A stretch of DNA of 64,000 nt from Chloroflexota bacterium (GTDB taxonomy: Bacteria; Chloroflexota; UBA11872; VXNJ01). Positions 41,858 through 51,640 of this stretch are shown one piece after another (position 1 is the stretch's first letter; the number at the start of each line of letters is the position of its first letter). Below the pieces are notes generated by a model. It saw only the letters and a list, made by a program, of their open reading frames with translations. It did no database searches and had not been told where the DNA came from. The stretch is from assembly GCA_963664795.2 (NCBI GenBank), contig CAXXYJ010000024.1, positions 4,154-68,153 of the forward strand. Direction: 5' to 3'. Position numbers and translations under genes: made by a program.

Positions 41858-42514
41858 ATGCCATGGTTTTTCGGCAAGCAGCCGGTGCTACCCAAACCCG
41901 ATGAAGCCCTGCCCGGACGCGAGGCGCCGGTGCCGGTGCCGCCGGGGCACTACGTCCACGGGCGGCCGCTGTCGGGACCGATTCCGGACGGATTTGAGAA
42001 GGCGCTGTTCGGGATGGGCTGCTTCTGGGGAGCGGAACGGATGTTCTGGAAGCTTCCCGGCGTTTACACGACCGCGGTTGGCTACGCGGCCGGGCACACG
42101 CCCAATCCCAGCTACCGCGAAGTCTGCAGTTCGCTCACCGGCCACAACGAAGTGGTGCTGGTCGTGTTCGATCCGGCGCAAATCGAATTCGAGCAATTGC
42201 TGCAGGTGTTCTGGGAAGGCCACGACCCGACCCAGGGCATGCGCCAGGGAAACGATGTCGGCACGCAGTACCGCTCCGGCATATACGTGTATGGCGACGC
42301 GCAAAGGGACGCGGCCGAGAAGAGCCGCCAAAAGTACCAGGAGGCGTTGACCGACGCCGGCTACGGCACCGTCACCACCGAGATCCTGGATGCGCCCGCG
42401 TTCTATTACGCCGAGGAATACCACCAGCAGTTCCTGGCCAAGAATCCGGCCGGTTACTGCGGAATCGGCGGCACCGGGGTAAGCTGCCCGGCCGGCATTC
42501 CGCAGCTGACTTGA
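41858..42514 (+). CDS. msrA: Peptide-methionine (S)-S-oxide reductase
   Basis: Active site '[10 protein letters not shown]' and '[12 protein letters not shown]'. ATG at 41858 chosen; the ORF-track start 41381 overlaps the Rieske gene antisense. Confidence 0.9.
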   Translation: MPWFFGKQPVLPKPDEALPGREAPVPVPPGHYVHGRPLSGPIPDGFEKALFGMGCFWGAERMFWKLPGVYTTAVGYAAGHTPNPSYREVCSSLTGHNEVVLVVFDPAQIEFEQLLQVFWEGHDPTQGMRQGNDVGTQYRSGIYVYGDAQRDAAEKSRQKYQEALTDAGYGTVTTEILDAPAFYYAEEYHQQFLAKNPAGYCGIGGTGVSCPAGIPQLT

Positions 42515-42734
42515 GTGCCGGTCGGCATCGATCGACCGGTGCCTGCCCGGAAACGTCCCGGGCGAGGCCCTTTTGAACTGCGGGCGGGCCGGCGCAGGCG
42601 CCCGGAATCCGGCCGCGCGCCTGCGACCCTGCACCCGCCGGCCGGCCGCGGATCGCGTTCTCGATTCACCGGCGCGGCGGTCGAACGGCGGCTCCCCGGG
42701 GGTTGCAGGGCAGCGACCCAAGCCCTAGACTGCG

Positions 42735-44780
42735 GTGAATCATGTTCGGGGGTATAGCCGGATGACCGCCACGCGCGAAGGCGCAAAAACCCAGGCGCTG
42801 ACGCTGACCGAAGAACTGGTCCTGATGCTCCTCAACGAGGAGAGCGGCCATTTCCGGCAGGTGCCCGGCTGGAATCTGGACTGCGCCATCGTCGGGTCGG
42901 TTTTGGCCGAACTGTCGATGGCCGGCCGGATCGACTCCGACATGAATTCGCTCATCCTGCTGGACGAGACGCGTACCAGGGATCCCTCGCTGGACCCGTT
43001 TCTGGCCGAAATCGCCGCCGACTCGGGCCAGCGCAACGCCCAGTACTGGATAGAGCGTTTCGCGGGCAGGGCCGAGCCGATCATCGACCGCGCCCTGGAC
43101 CGGCTGGTCAAGCTGGAGATCCTGCGGCACCACACCGGGGATTTCTGGACCTTCAACGAGAGCGCCGTGCGCGAGGATTCGCCATTCGGGGAAGGCGCCT
43201 CGGGCTTCGTCAAGACCCGCATCAGCAAGGCGATCTTCGAGGGGGAGATTCCCGAGCCGCGCGACATCATCATCATCTGCCTTATCAACACGTGCGACCT
43301 GTTCCGCTTCATCTTCGAGCTGGACGAGGAAAGCGAGCGCCGGATCGAGCTGATATGCAAGATGGACCTGATCGGCCGTTCTATCGCCGCGGCGGTTGAG
43401 CAGAACCAGACCGGCGGATTGTTCCAGTACCCTCCGCTTTCCAAGCCGATACCCACCGCGCCCCTGCGCAAGCTGATATTCAATCGGAATCTGCGCAACG
43501 GCAATATTCCGGCGGTTTTCGCCGACCTGGCCCGGCAGTTAGGCCCGGTATTCCAGATCAAGCCGCCCTTTTCCAAGCCCCTGGTGTTCTTGGCCGGACC
43601 ATCGGTCAACCGTTGGGCGAACCGATACGCGCGAGGGTTTCTGCGCTCCCAGGACTATCTCTCCACCTTCGAAAAGGTCTACGGCGCACACGGGATCATG
43701 CCGGCTCTGGACGGGGCCGACCACTTTCGTCTGCGCAAGTCGCTGGCGCCGGCATACTCGCGCAGCCGACTCTCGGAACGGCTCGGGGAGATCTACCAGA
43801 ACGCCCGCGGCGAAATGGCCAAATGGGAGGTCGGCGACGTGCAGCTGGCCACGCCCATGATGCGCCAGCTGGTCAACGCCCAGATTTCGGCCTATTTCCT
43901 GAACGTGCAATCGCAGGACTTATTCGACGACCTGGTCAGTTTCAAGGAGCAGGCGCTTAAGGCGCACGTTACGAATACGCTGCCCAAGTTCATGCTCAAG
44001 ACGCCGGGCATGAAGCGCAAGCTCGCTTCGCTCGCCGATTTGCTCGACCGGGTCACCAGCGGCCATACGCCCGCCCAGCGGGCCGGGTGCCCGCGCGACC
44101 TCGCCGACGATCTTTTTAGCCTTCACGCCAGCGATCCCCAGTTCCTCCCGGCGACGAACCTGAGTTTTGCCCTTTCGGCTTCGCTGATCGCCAGCATGTA
44201 CCTTGGCGATCAGTTGAACTTCGCGGTGTATGCCCTGGCCACGAAACCTGAGCTCCGCGACCGGATCGCGGCCGAAGCCCATGCCCTCTTTGACGACGGC
44301 GATCCGGGCGGCGAGGACTTCTCGCTGGAAGCCATTGACGTCACGCACCGCTTCATCATGGAGGTCCTGCGGGTTTACCCGGTGGTCACCATGTCGATCA
44401 GGACGGTGATGAACCCGTGCGTCGTGGAAGGGTTCGCGCTGCCGACCGGGACCCGGCTGCACATCGCCCAGACCTCCTGCCATTACATGGAAGAGCTGTT
44501 CCCCGAGCCGTACAAGTTCGACATTGATCGCTATAAGGCGCCCCGCAGCGAGCACCGCGGCCCCGGCTACGCCCCCTACGGGTTGGGATCGCACTCGTGC
44601 ATGGGCTCGCACATGATGGAATTGCTGCTGGCGATCAACCTGCTCATGATCGCCCACTACTTCGAAATCGAAGTTTGGCCCCAGGATTTCAAGTTCCGAA
44701 TCAATCCGTTTCCATCGCAGTCGCCGAGCAGGAAGCTAAGGTACCGGATCGCGGCGCGCCAGCGCGAAATCCCCGCGTAG
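42735..44780 (+). CDS. GPP34/GOLPH3-like domain fused to a cytochrome P450
   Basis: 681-aa ORF. The N-terminal ~200 aa, 'LTLTEELVLMLLNEESGHF...AIVGSVLAELSMAGRI', matches the GPP34 pattern. The C-terminal part has ExxR 'MEVLRVYP' and the haem-thiolate loop 'PYGLGSHSCMGSHM'. An alternative ATG lies at 42762. Confidence 0.8.
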   Translation: MNHVRGYSRMTATREGAKTQALTLTEELVLMLLNEESGHFRQVPGWNLDCAIVGSVLAELSMAGRIDSDMNSLILLDETRTRDPSLDPFLAEIAADSGQRNAQYWIERFAGRAEPIIDRALDRLVKLEILRHHTGDFWTFNESAVREDSPFGEGASGFVKTRISKAIFEGEIPEPRDIIIICLINTCDLFRFIFELDEESERRIELICKMDLIGRSIAAAVEQNQTGGLFQYPPLSKPIPTAPLRKLIFNRNLRNGNIPAVFADLARQLGPVFQIKPPFSKPLVFLAGPSVNRWANRYARGFLRSQDYLSTFEKVYGAHGIMPALDGADHFRLRKSLAPAYSRSRLSERLGEIYQNARGEMAKWEVGDVQLATPMMRQLVNAQISAYFLNVQSQDLFDDLVSFKEQALKAHVTNTLPKFMLKTPGMKRKLASLADLLDRVTSGHTPAQRAGCPRDLADDLFSLHASDPQFLPATNLSFALSASLIASMYLGDQLNFAVYALATKPELRDRIAAEAHALFDDGDPGGEDFSLEAIDVTHRFIMEVLRVYPVVTMSIRTVMNPCVVEGFALPTGTRLHIAQTSCHYMEELFPEPYKFDIDRYKAPRSEHRGPGYAPYGLGSHSCMGSHMMELLLAINLLMIAHYFEIEVWPQDFKFRINPFPSQSPSRKLRYRIAARQREIPA

Positions 44781-44890
44781 CACTCAGTCGCCACCAAAAA
44801 CCCCAGGGCGAATCCGATCGAATCCTGACGGGCGATCCGGCCGCGCGGCGGCCGTAACCGGCACCGGTTTCCGCCCTCTCCCGGCTTAAA

Positions 44891-47368
44891 TCAGCTCTGC
44901 CCCTGTCCTTCGCCCTCAAGCCGGCGATGCGTCTCCTCGATGGCAACATCGAGATCGTCCCACATCCGTTCGACCATCGAGCGAAGCCGCATGTTCTGGT
45001 AGGCGCCCCAGACCGTCATTGCCGGCGGCACCACCAGGATCGAGAAAAGCAGCGAGTAAAAGATCGTGATCGCCGCGGTGAATCCGAACTGCTGCGACGC
45101 GGCCAGCGGCGCAAGCACCAGCATGCCCAGGCCGAGCGCGGTGGTGAGCCCGGATCCGAGCAGCGCCGAACCGGTGATCGACAGGGTCCGGACCGCCGCG
45201 GTTTCGGGGTTCCGGTGCCGAGCGAACTCCTCGCGATAGCGGTGGATCACGTGAATCGTGTAATCGACGCCGATTCCGATCGAGAGGGCCGTGATTATCG
45301 AGGTGATCAGCGTGTAGGGGATCCCGATCAGGGCCATGGTCCCCAGCACGCAGATTAGGACCAGCACGATCGGCCCGACGGCCACGATCGAGAGCATCGG
45401 CTGACGGATTGTGACCCAGAAGAAGACCGCCAATACGGTCAACGCGACCGCGACCGTCGCGCTTATCGCCTCGGTCTGGCGCCGGGTTATCGAATCGGTC
45501 ACCGTGATCGAGACGATGCTGTCCGAGGTAGCGGTTACGTTTTCGTCGTTCCCGAACCACAGCGCCTCGATTTCCTCCTGGAGCGTGGCGGTCTGGGAGG
45601 GTTCGTTGGTGTAGGCGGGGAACTGCAGCAGGATCGAATCGATCCCATTGGGGTCGTTGACCAGCACCCGCTCGAGCGCCGGATCGGCCGCTTCGATCCG
45701 GTCCAGGACTTGCTGCATCAGGGCGCCGTCGATGGCGATTCCGGCGGCGGCCTCGTCATAGATGGCGGCCAGCTCGGGGTCGTATTTGTCGCCGGACTCG
45801 CCGCTCTCGGTCACCCAGTCGCGCAACAATCCTTCATAGGTGCCGAGGATCGGGCCGGCGACCGCCGCCGGGCGGACCGTCGGGTTAGCGAACGCCGCAT
45901 CCAGGTCGCGGAGATTGAGCAGGGTCCGCGCCTCGGTGGCCTCGGCCTTGATCAGCACCGAGGTCAGTTCGGTCGCTCCGCCGACTGCCTCTTCCAGCGT
46001 GTCCATGTCCTCGAGCACCTGGCCGCCGCGCGGAAGTATGTCGCGGATGCTGAATTCGGATTCAATTCCGGTCGCGGCGAAACCGAGCGCGACGGTGACC
46101 AGCAGTACGCCCGCTATGAAGGGCGCCGGCCGGTTGGTCACGCTCCTTCCAAGCAGCCCGGCGGCCCCTTCGATTCCGGGCAAGGCCTGGGCGACCGGCC
46201 GCGGCTCACGCAGGGTCTGGCGCGCCTCGCGCCGCCGGTCGATGATGAAACGTCCGCAGGGCAGCAGGGTCAGCATCACGATCAGGCTCAGGCCAACGCC
46301 GAGGCCGGCCACGACCCCGAAATCCCCGACGATGCCGATCGGCGAGAAAAGACTTGCGAACAGGCTCACCATCGTCGTTACGGCCGCCAGGATGAGAGGG
46401 ACGGTCACGATCCGCAATCCGGTCCGCACCGATTCGGTCACCGGCAACCCCTCGACGCGCTGTTCCCGGTAGTGGGTGACGATCTGGATGGCATAGTCCA
46501 CCGTCAGGCCGATGATGATGATCGGCACCATGGTCGTGAGCGAGTTCGGCGGCCCGATCAGGCCCAGGCCGCTGGGGCCGAGCATGCCCTCGACGCCGGT
46601 AATCCAGAGGATCGCCATCACCAGCCCGGCCAGCGTCAGCAGCACGTCGGCCGGAGTGCGCAGGAACAGCGCCAGCAGCGCGACGATCACGAGCAGCGCC
46701 AGGCCGGTCACCGGCAGCATTCCGACCTCGGTCGCCTCCTGGTATTCGTCCTCAACCACGATCGGCGAGAACGAACTCGCCCGGAGGGAGCCTTCGCTGG
46801 CGGCTGCGGTTTCGTTGATCCAGCGCTCGGCGGCGGCCACCGAATCAAAGTCCGAACTGGCGAGCCTGACGGTCGCGATCGCAACCGGCGTCCCGTCGGC
46901 GTCATTCCCCGTCAGCGCGTCGAGCGCGGCCGCAAATTGCGGGATGGCGCCGACCGAATCGATTTCGGTCTGCGTAACTTCGGTCAGATCGGGCGCTTGC
47001 AGCGCGCCCTGCACGAGCAGGTGGGGCGAGACGATCGGGTTGTCGGGCACCATCAGGTCGGCAACCTGCGCATTGCCGGCGATCGCGCCAATCAAGTCCG
47101 CCATCTGGGCAAGGCCGTCCGGCGTGAGCGCCTCGCCGCGGAATATGAGCGTGACGACGTTGGATTCGCCGGAGGCGCCGAATATCTCGTCGATCTCGGC
47201 CAGCGTTTCCCGTACCGGTCCCTCGGGGAGGGTTTCTTCGGTGGTGGGCGGAGGCTCTCGCAGCCCCGCGCCGGCCATGAGCGCGAAGGTGATCAGAACC
47301 AACGCGGCGACAGTCAGCCAGGGCCGGGCTGTCACCAGTCGGCTAAATATGACTAGCGGATGGTTCAT
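44891..47368 (-). CDS. MMPL/RND-superfamily transporter
   Basis: 825-aa ORF. Two homologous halves each carry a 6-TM bundle and the motifs 'GLTVDYAIQIVTHYREQ' and 'GIGVDYTIHVIHRYREE'. Confidence 0.85.
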   Translation of the reverse strand: MNHPLVIFSRLVTARPWLTVAALVLITFALMAGAGLREPPPTTEETLPEGPVRETLAEIDEIFGASGESNVVTLIFRGEALTPDGLAQMADLIGAIAGNAQVADLMVPDNPIVSPHLLVQGALQAPDLTEVTQTEIDSVGAIPQFAAALDALTGNDADGTPVAIATVRLASSDFDSVAAAERWINETAAASEGSLRASSFSPIVVEDEYQEATEVGMLPVTGLALLVIVALLALFLRTPADVLLTLAGLVMAILWITGVEGMLGPSGLGLIGPPNSLTTMVPIIIIGLTVDYAIQIVTHYREQRVEGLPVTESVRTGLRIVTVPLILAAVTTMVSLFASLFSPIGIVGDFGVVAGLGVGLSLIVMLTLLPCGRFIIDRRREARQTLREPRPVAQALPGIEGAAGLLGRSVTNRPAPFIAGVLLVTVALGFAATGIESEFSIRDILPRGGQVLEDMDTLEEAVGGATELTSVLIKAEATEARTLLNLRDLDAAFANPTVRPAAVAGPILGTYEGLLRDWVTESGESGDKYDPELAAIYDEAAAGIAIDGALMQQVLDRIEAADPALERVLVNDPNGIDSILLQFPAYTNEPSQTATLQEEIEALWFGNDENVTATSDSIVSITVTDSITRRQTEAISATVAVALTVLAVFFWVTIRQPMLSIVAVGPIVLVLICVLGTMALIGIPYTLITSIITALSIGIGVDYTIHVIHRYREEFARHRNPETAAVRTLSITGSALLGSGLTTALGLGMLVLAPLAASQQFGFTAAITIFYSLLFSILVVPPAMTVWGAYQNMRLRSMVERMWDDLDVAIEETHRRLEGEGQGQS

Positions 47369-47453
47369 CGCCGCGATTCTAAAGTCGGTTTCGGCCGGTC
47401 AACGGTTGGCCGGCGGGCGCGACCGGCGGTCAATTCAAGGTACGCGGGCGGCG

Positions 47454-48875
47454 CTAGGCCCGGCGGAACCCCCGCCCGTACATCAGGCTCCCGTAATGGT
47501 TGAACCACGCCCGCGCGTCCGAATCGGCAAACGGATAGTCGGCGCCGATTTGCCGGGCCGCCGCCAGGCCGGTTACCAGGCAGGTTTCCTGGCTGTTTAC
47601 CAGGGTGTGGGCGCCGCAGTGCCAGGTCCGCCGCCGCCCCTGGATGAACCGAAACAAGGGAACCAGCAGCGCCACGTGGCGAACGTCGTGGACGACGTGC
47701 TGGAACCAGCGCCGGGCGATCACCTTTTCTTCGTCGATCGGGCTGATCGGGTTGTAGGTCACCAGGCACGGCCGATCCGAGCGTCCCGCCCACGGCTGCT
47801 GGTTGTGCATGATGTAGGTGATCTCGTAGTTGTCCGGCCGCGCGCCGTATTGCTCGATGTGATTGCTGCGCGTGGTCAGCGGCCTGACCGGGCTCTCCGG
47901 CAGGACCGAGGCGTCCGAATGCACGATCGCGTGATTGTGGAGCTCGCTCTCGTAGCGGATCGACGAGAGGATGAAACGCTCCAGCAGCGTCGGCCGGTCC
48001 AGGGCCATGAGCGCCTGGTTGGCGTTGCACGCAAGGACTACGTCGTCGAATTTCTCGCGCGCCCCGGAATCGTCCTCGACAACGACGCCGGAGCGGTAGC
48101 GGTAGACCTTGCGCACTCCCCGGTTCAGGTAAATCTTGTCGCGGAAGCCGGCCGCGACGTTCTCGTAGATCCGTCGCGTCCCGCCTTCCCACGTCTGCAT
48201 CGGCGTGGCCGATTCGATGTCGAAGAACTCGAGATAGCGCGAGAAGAGCGCCGCCGGCATGTCGAACACGTTGGTGGCCATCAGGAAGTTCACGAACATC
48301 GGCTTGAGGATCTTGAACCGAAAGTCCCCGGAGAAACCGCCCAGGTTCAGAACCGTCCCCATGCTCAGGTAGTTGAACGGGTTCAGCGCGTTCAGCAGCT
48401 TCGAGCGCGCCCGCGTGAGGGCCCCGAAGAGGTGCAGGTGTCCGAGCAGGCGCTGGAACTTTGAAATCTCGGATTGGAGCTGCCGGCGGATTTCCGAATC
48501 GAAATCGTGGGCGTAGTCATCGCCCCGGTATCTGACGCTGTAGTTGAACCTGGTATCGACAAGCTCGATGCCGAACTTTTCCATCAGCAGCAGGATGTGA
48601 TGGTAGACCGACGGGATGCAGGCGGTCACCGAGATGTCGAAGGGGATCGAGCCGCCGTCGGCCTGCGGCATGTCCACCGTCACCGCGTTGCCGCCCAGCT
48701 GGTCGCGGGCTTCGTAGAGCCGGAAGTCGAACCGGTCCGGATGTCGGCTAAGCGCCCAGGCCGCGCCCAGGCCGGAGACCCCTCCTCCGACTATGGCGAT
48801 TCGCCGCCTGCCAGGCGGCGACGAATTGGCGGCGGTCATGTCCGGTCCGGGGTTACGACCCGCCGACGCCGGCAC
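47454..48875 (-). CDS. NAD(P)/FAD-dependent oxidoreductase (COG2907-like, amine-oxidase fold)
   Basis: Rossmann 'RIAIVGGGVSGLGAAWAL...YEARDQLGGNA'. 473 aa. Starts 6 nt downstream of the stop of the upstream Moco-enzyme gene (48882-49952). Confidence 0.75.
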   Translation of the reverse strand: MPASAGRNPGPDMTAANSSPPGRRRIAIVGGGVSGLGAAWALSRHPDRFDFRLYEARDQLGGNAVTVDMPQADGGSIPFDISVTACIPSVYHHILLLMEKFGIELVDTRFNYSVRYRGDDYAHDFDSEIRRQLQSEISKFQRLLGHLHLFGALTRARSKLLNALNPFNYLSMGTVLNLGGFSGDFRFKILKPMFVNFLMATNVFDMPAALFSRYLEFFDIESATPMQTWEGGTRRIYENVAAGFRDKIYLNRGVRKVYRYRSGVVVEDDSGAREKFDDVVLACNANQALMALDRPTLLERFILSSIRYESELHNHAIVHSDASVLPESPVRPLTTRSNHIEQYGARPDNYEITYIMHNQQPWAGRSDRPCLVTYNPISPIDEEKVIARRWFQHVVHDVRHVALLVPLFRFIQGRRRTWHCGAHTLVNSQETCLVTGLAAARQIGADYPFADSDARAWFNHYGSLMYGRGFRRA

Positions 48876-48881
48876 CGCAAA

Positions 48882-49952
48882 TCAAGCGACTAGGACCGAC
48901 AGGGTGTGGATGGCGTTGTTGACGTAGCCGCGGTAATTCCAGCCGGCCGAGCTCGGCTGGCCGTTGCCGGCCTCGTCGCGGGCCCTGACTGACAAGACGT
49001 AATGACCGCTGCCGGAAGGTTGCCAGGGAAGATCCCAGCGCCGCCATGCGCGGGGGTTTTCCGAATCGGCCAGATCCGCCGTCTCCCACGTGGCGCCGTT
49101 GTCGGTGCTGACCTGAACCTCGGCGATGGCCCCGTGCCCCGACCAGGCGAACCCGGAAATCGTGACCGGCCCCTCAAGCCTCTCGTCCTGCAGCGGCGAG
49201 GTGATGACCGACTTGACCGCCATTCGGGTCACCGGCCGGTTGGGTCCGCCCCGGCTTCCGGGTTCGATGAAGGTGTACGCGTCGGACTGGAAGTGGCCGC
49301 CAAAGGGTTCGGTCAATACCTCTATCTCGGTCAGCCACTTCACCGACGCCATCCCGTACCAGCCGGGAACTATCAGGCGCGCCGGGTAGCCGTGCGCGCG
49401 GGTCAGCGGCTGGCCATCCATCGAAAGCGCGACGATCGTCTGCGGGTCCAGCGCCTGGGCCAGCGGCAGGGAGCGCTCGAAGTACATGTGCTCGCCGCCC
49501 TCGATCCCTGAATCGGCGCCCCGGAACAGCACCTCCACGGCGTCGGGGCCGATGCCGGCCGGCTCGAGCAGGCGCGCCAGCGGAACGCCTTCCCAGACGG
49601 CGTTGCCGACCGCCCCGTGCCGGAACTGCAGCCCGACTCCGGGCGGAGTCAGGTAGGAACGGCTGTTCCCGGCGCACTCCAGGGTCACCGTCTGCTCCAC
49701 CTTCTCCATCGCCGCCAAATCGGCGATGGAGACCGAACCGGGCCGCTCGACGGCGCCGCCTATGGCGATCCGGTGATCTTGCGCCAGTTCGGGTTCGCCG
49801 AAGTGGCTGCGGATGAAGAATCGCTCGTTCGGGGTCGTCCAATCGCCCTGTCCGGCCGGATCGGTCTCGACACAAAAGGGGCTCTCGGACACCGCGATCT
49901 GGAATTCGTTCTCGGGCTTCAAGGCGATTCCTCGGGGGTTTGCCGCCGGCAC
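48882..49952 (-). CDS. Sulfite-oxidase-family molybdopterin oxidoreductase (no signal peptide)
   Basis: 356-aa ORF. Moco-Cys motif 'VTLECAGNSRSY', 'GYPARLIVPGWYG', and a C-terminal Ig-like dimerisation domain. Confidence 0.8.
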   Translation of the reverse strand: MPAANPRGIALKPENEFQIAVSESPFCVETDPAGQGDWTTPNERFFIRSHFGEPELAQDHRIAIGGAVERPGSVSIADLAAMEKVEQTVTLECAGNSRSYLTPPGVGLQFRHGAVGNAVWEGVPLARLLEPAGIGPDAVEVLFRGADSGIEGGEHMYFERSLPLAQALDPQTIVALSMDGQPLTRAHGYPARLIVPGWYGMASVKWLTEIEVLTEPFGGHFQSDAYTFIEPGSRGGPNRPVTRMAVKSVITSPLQDERLEGPVTISGFAWSGHGAIAEVQVSTDNGATWETADLADSENPRAWRRWDLPWQPSGSGHYVLSVRARDEAGNGQPSSAGWNYRGYVNNAIHTLSVLVA

Positions 49953-50000
49953 ATCGCTGATTCCGCGCCGGCGAAGGTTCGCGTCAAAAAAATTATGGGG

Positions 50001-50177
50001 TCAGCCGCACCGGCAATTGATGTACGGTCCGCCACAACACTGCATGCAGCGGCGGCGCTCCGCAGCGGGGTCAACGCCGGGTCCGGTCGATGCCTCATCG
50101 GCGAACTTAGCGAGCAGCCAGGCCGGGGTGGCGCAGCCGCCTGCGACGATAGTCGAGACGCGTGCAGCAGGGCCCAT
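50001..50177 (-). CDS. Candidate small Cys-rich protein (58 aa), unannotated by the ORF track
   Basis: ATG 50177 to TGA 50001 gives 'MGPAARVSTIVAGGCATPAWLLAKFADEASTGPGVDPAAERRRCMQCCGGPYINCRCG'. The third codon positions are mostly G/C, as in neighbouring genes. It is co-directional with and 48 nt upstream of the Moco enzyme, and is followed by a T7 run. Confidence 0.25.
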   Translation of the reverse strand: MGPAARVSTIVAGGCATPAWLLAKFADEASTGPGVDPAAERRRCMQCCGGPYINCRCG

Positions 50178-50200
50178 GTGTTTGCGTATACTTTCCCACT

Positions 50201-51636
50201 ATGTTCGTATGTTGTTTGATTATCTCGCACCTGCCGCTCCGGGCCGAGCGAATCCGCCACCGGCTCGGCCCGGAGCCGCTGGCGATCTACGAGGGGAGCG
50301 CCTGGCGCCCACAGCTGCTTGATGCCGATCCATCGCTGAGGGCACGGCCCGGGACCGCCCTGAGCCGGGTCCTGGCCGAGCAGCCGGAAGTGCGTCTCCT
50401 GCCAGCCGACCCGGTCTACTACCAGGGTTGCTGGGACCGGATCCTGGACCGGCTGCAGCGGATGTTCCCGGGCGTCGAGGACGGCGGGCCGGGCTGCGCC
50501 TACCTGGATATCGCCGGGCTGGAGTCGCTCCACGGCGGTCCGGCCGGTCTGAAGCGGTATCTGCGCAAGGCCGTCGCGGACGACTGGCGCGGGCGGTGGG
50601 GCCTGGGCACGGGCAAGTTCAACGCCCGCTGCGCGGCGGTGCGTTCCCGGGCCGGAGAGGTATCGAGAGCCCCGTCCGAGCCGGCCGCGCTGCGCTCCTT
50701 CCTGGCCAGGATGCCGGCCGCGCTGCTGCCGCTCGATGACGAGGCGCAGCGTTTGCTGGCCGACTTCGGACTCAAAACCCTCGGGGATCTCGCCGCCCAG
50801 CCGCGCGGGGCGCTGCGGGCGCGCCTGGGAAAGCCCGGGGCCCGGGCCTGGGACCTGTCCCGCGGCGGCGACTCCGAACCGCTGCGACCGCTCCCGCCGG
50901 CCGAGGCCGTATCCGCCCAGCTGGAATTCCCGTTCCCGGCAGTCAGCGTCGGGGCCTTCAGCGTCGGCCTGCTGACCCTGCTGCAGCGCCTCTACCGCCA
51001 TCCCCGGCTCGCGGGCCGGGCCGCCGGGCATGTCGCCCTGACCGGCCAGATCAGCGACCAGCCGACCTGGTCGTTTGCCTACCGGTTCCGCACCCCGGTG
51101 GCCGGAGCCGAGGCCGCGCACGAAACCCTGCTGGCGGTCCTCTCCGGTCGCGAGCCCGGGCCGCTGGGACTGCCCGGGCCGGTCAGGGACCTGCGGGTCG
51201 AACTCGGCCAGCTGGGGCCCGCGCCCACGATCCAGGGCGAACTCTGGTCCAAATCCCGCAAGGCCAGCCTCCGCTCAGCAGTCGCCGGTCTGCGCCGGCG
51301 CCTGCCGGGCGAGGCGCTGCTGCGGGTAGTTGAGGTGGAACCATGGTCACGCATCCCGGAACGGCGCCAGGCGCTGGTCCGCTTTACCGCCCCCTAAACC
51401 TGCCGCGCCCGGCCACGGTGCGCACCAACGCCCGCGGCCTGCCGCGGGCGGTCGCCGACGCCGGGGCCGGCGGATCCGCGGTCCGGGCCCTGCTCGACGC
51501 GTGGGAACTCGACGACGAGTGGTGGCGCGAGGACCCGATCCGGCGCCGCTATTTCCGCCTCCTGCTGGCCGACGGCCGGGTGCTGACCGTGTTCTGCGAC
51601 CTGGTCAGCGGGAGCTGGTTCCGCCAGGACGGCTAG
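50201..51636 (+). pseudogene. imuB: ImuB-type Y-family polymerase-like protein, C-terminal domain out of frame in this sequence
   Basis: It lies directly upstream of dnaE2 (4-nt gap). The main ORF stops at 51397 right after the C5 run 51390-51394. The conserved ImuB C-terminal block 'LLDAWELDDEWWREDPIRRRYFRLLLADGRVLTVFCD' is in ORF 51343-51636. One additional C fuses the two (1436 + 1 nt = 479 codons from ATG 50201). Confidence 0.75.
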
Positions 51637-51640
51637 GAAG

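Noticed and set aside
50100-50215. Search for a LexA/SOS box upstream of imuB: 'CGAACTTAGCGAGC' at ~50102 and 'GTTCGTATGTTGTTT' at ~50204.
   Set aside because: The first has only one good half-site. The second is a weak direct repeat overlapping the start codon. Neither matches a known LexA consensus well enough.
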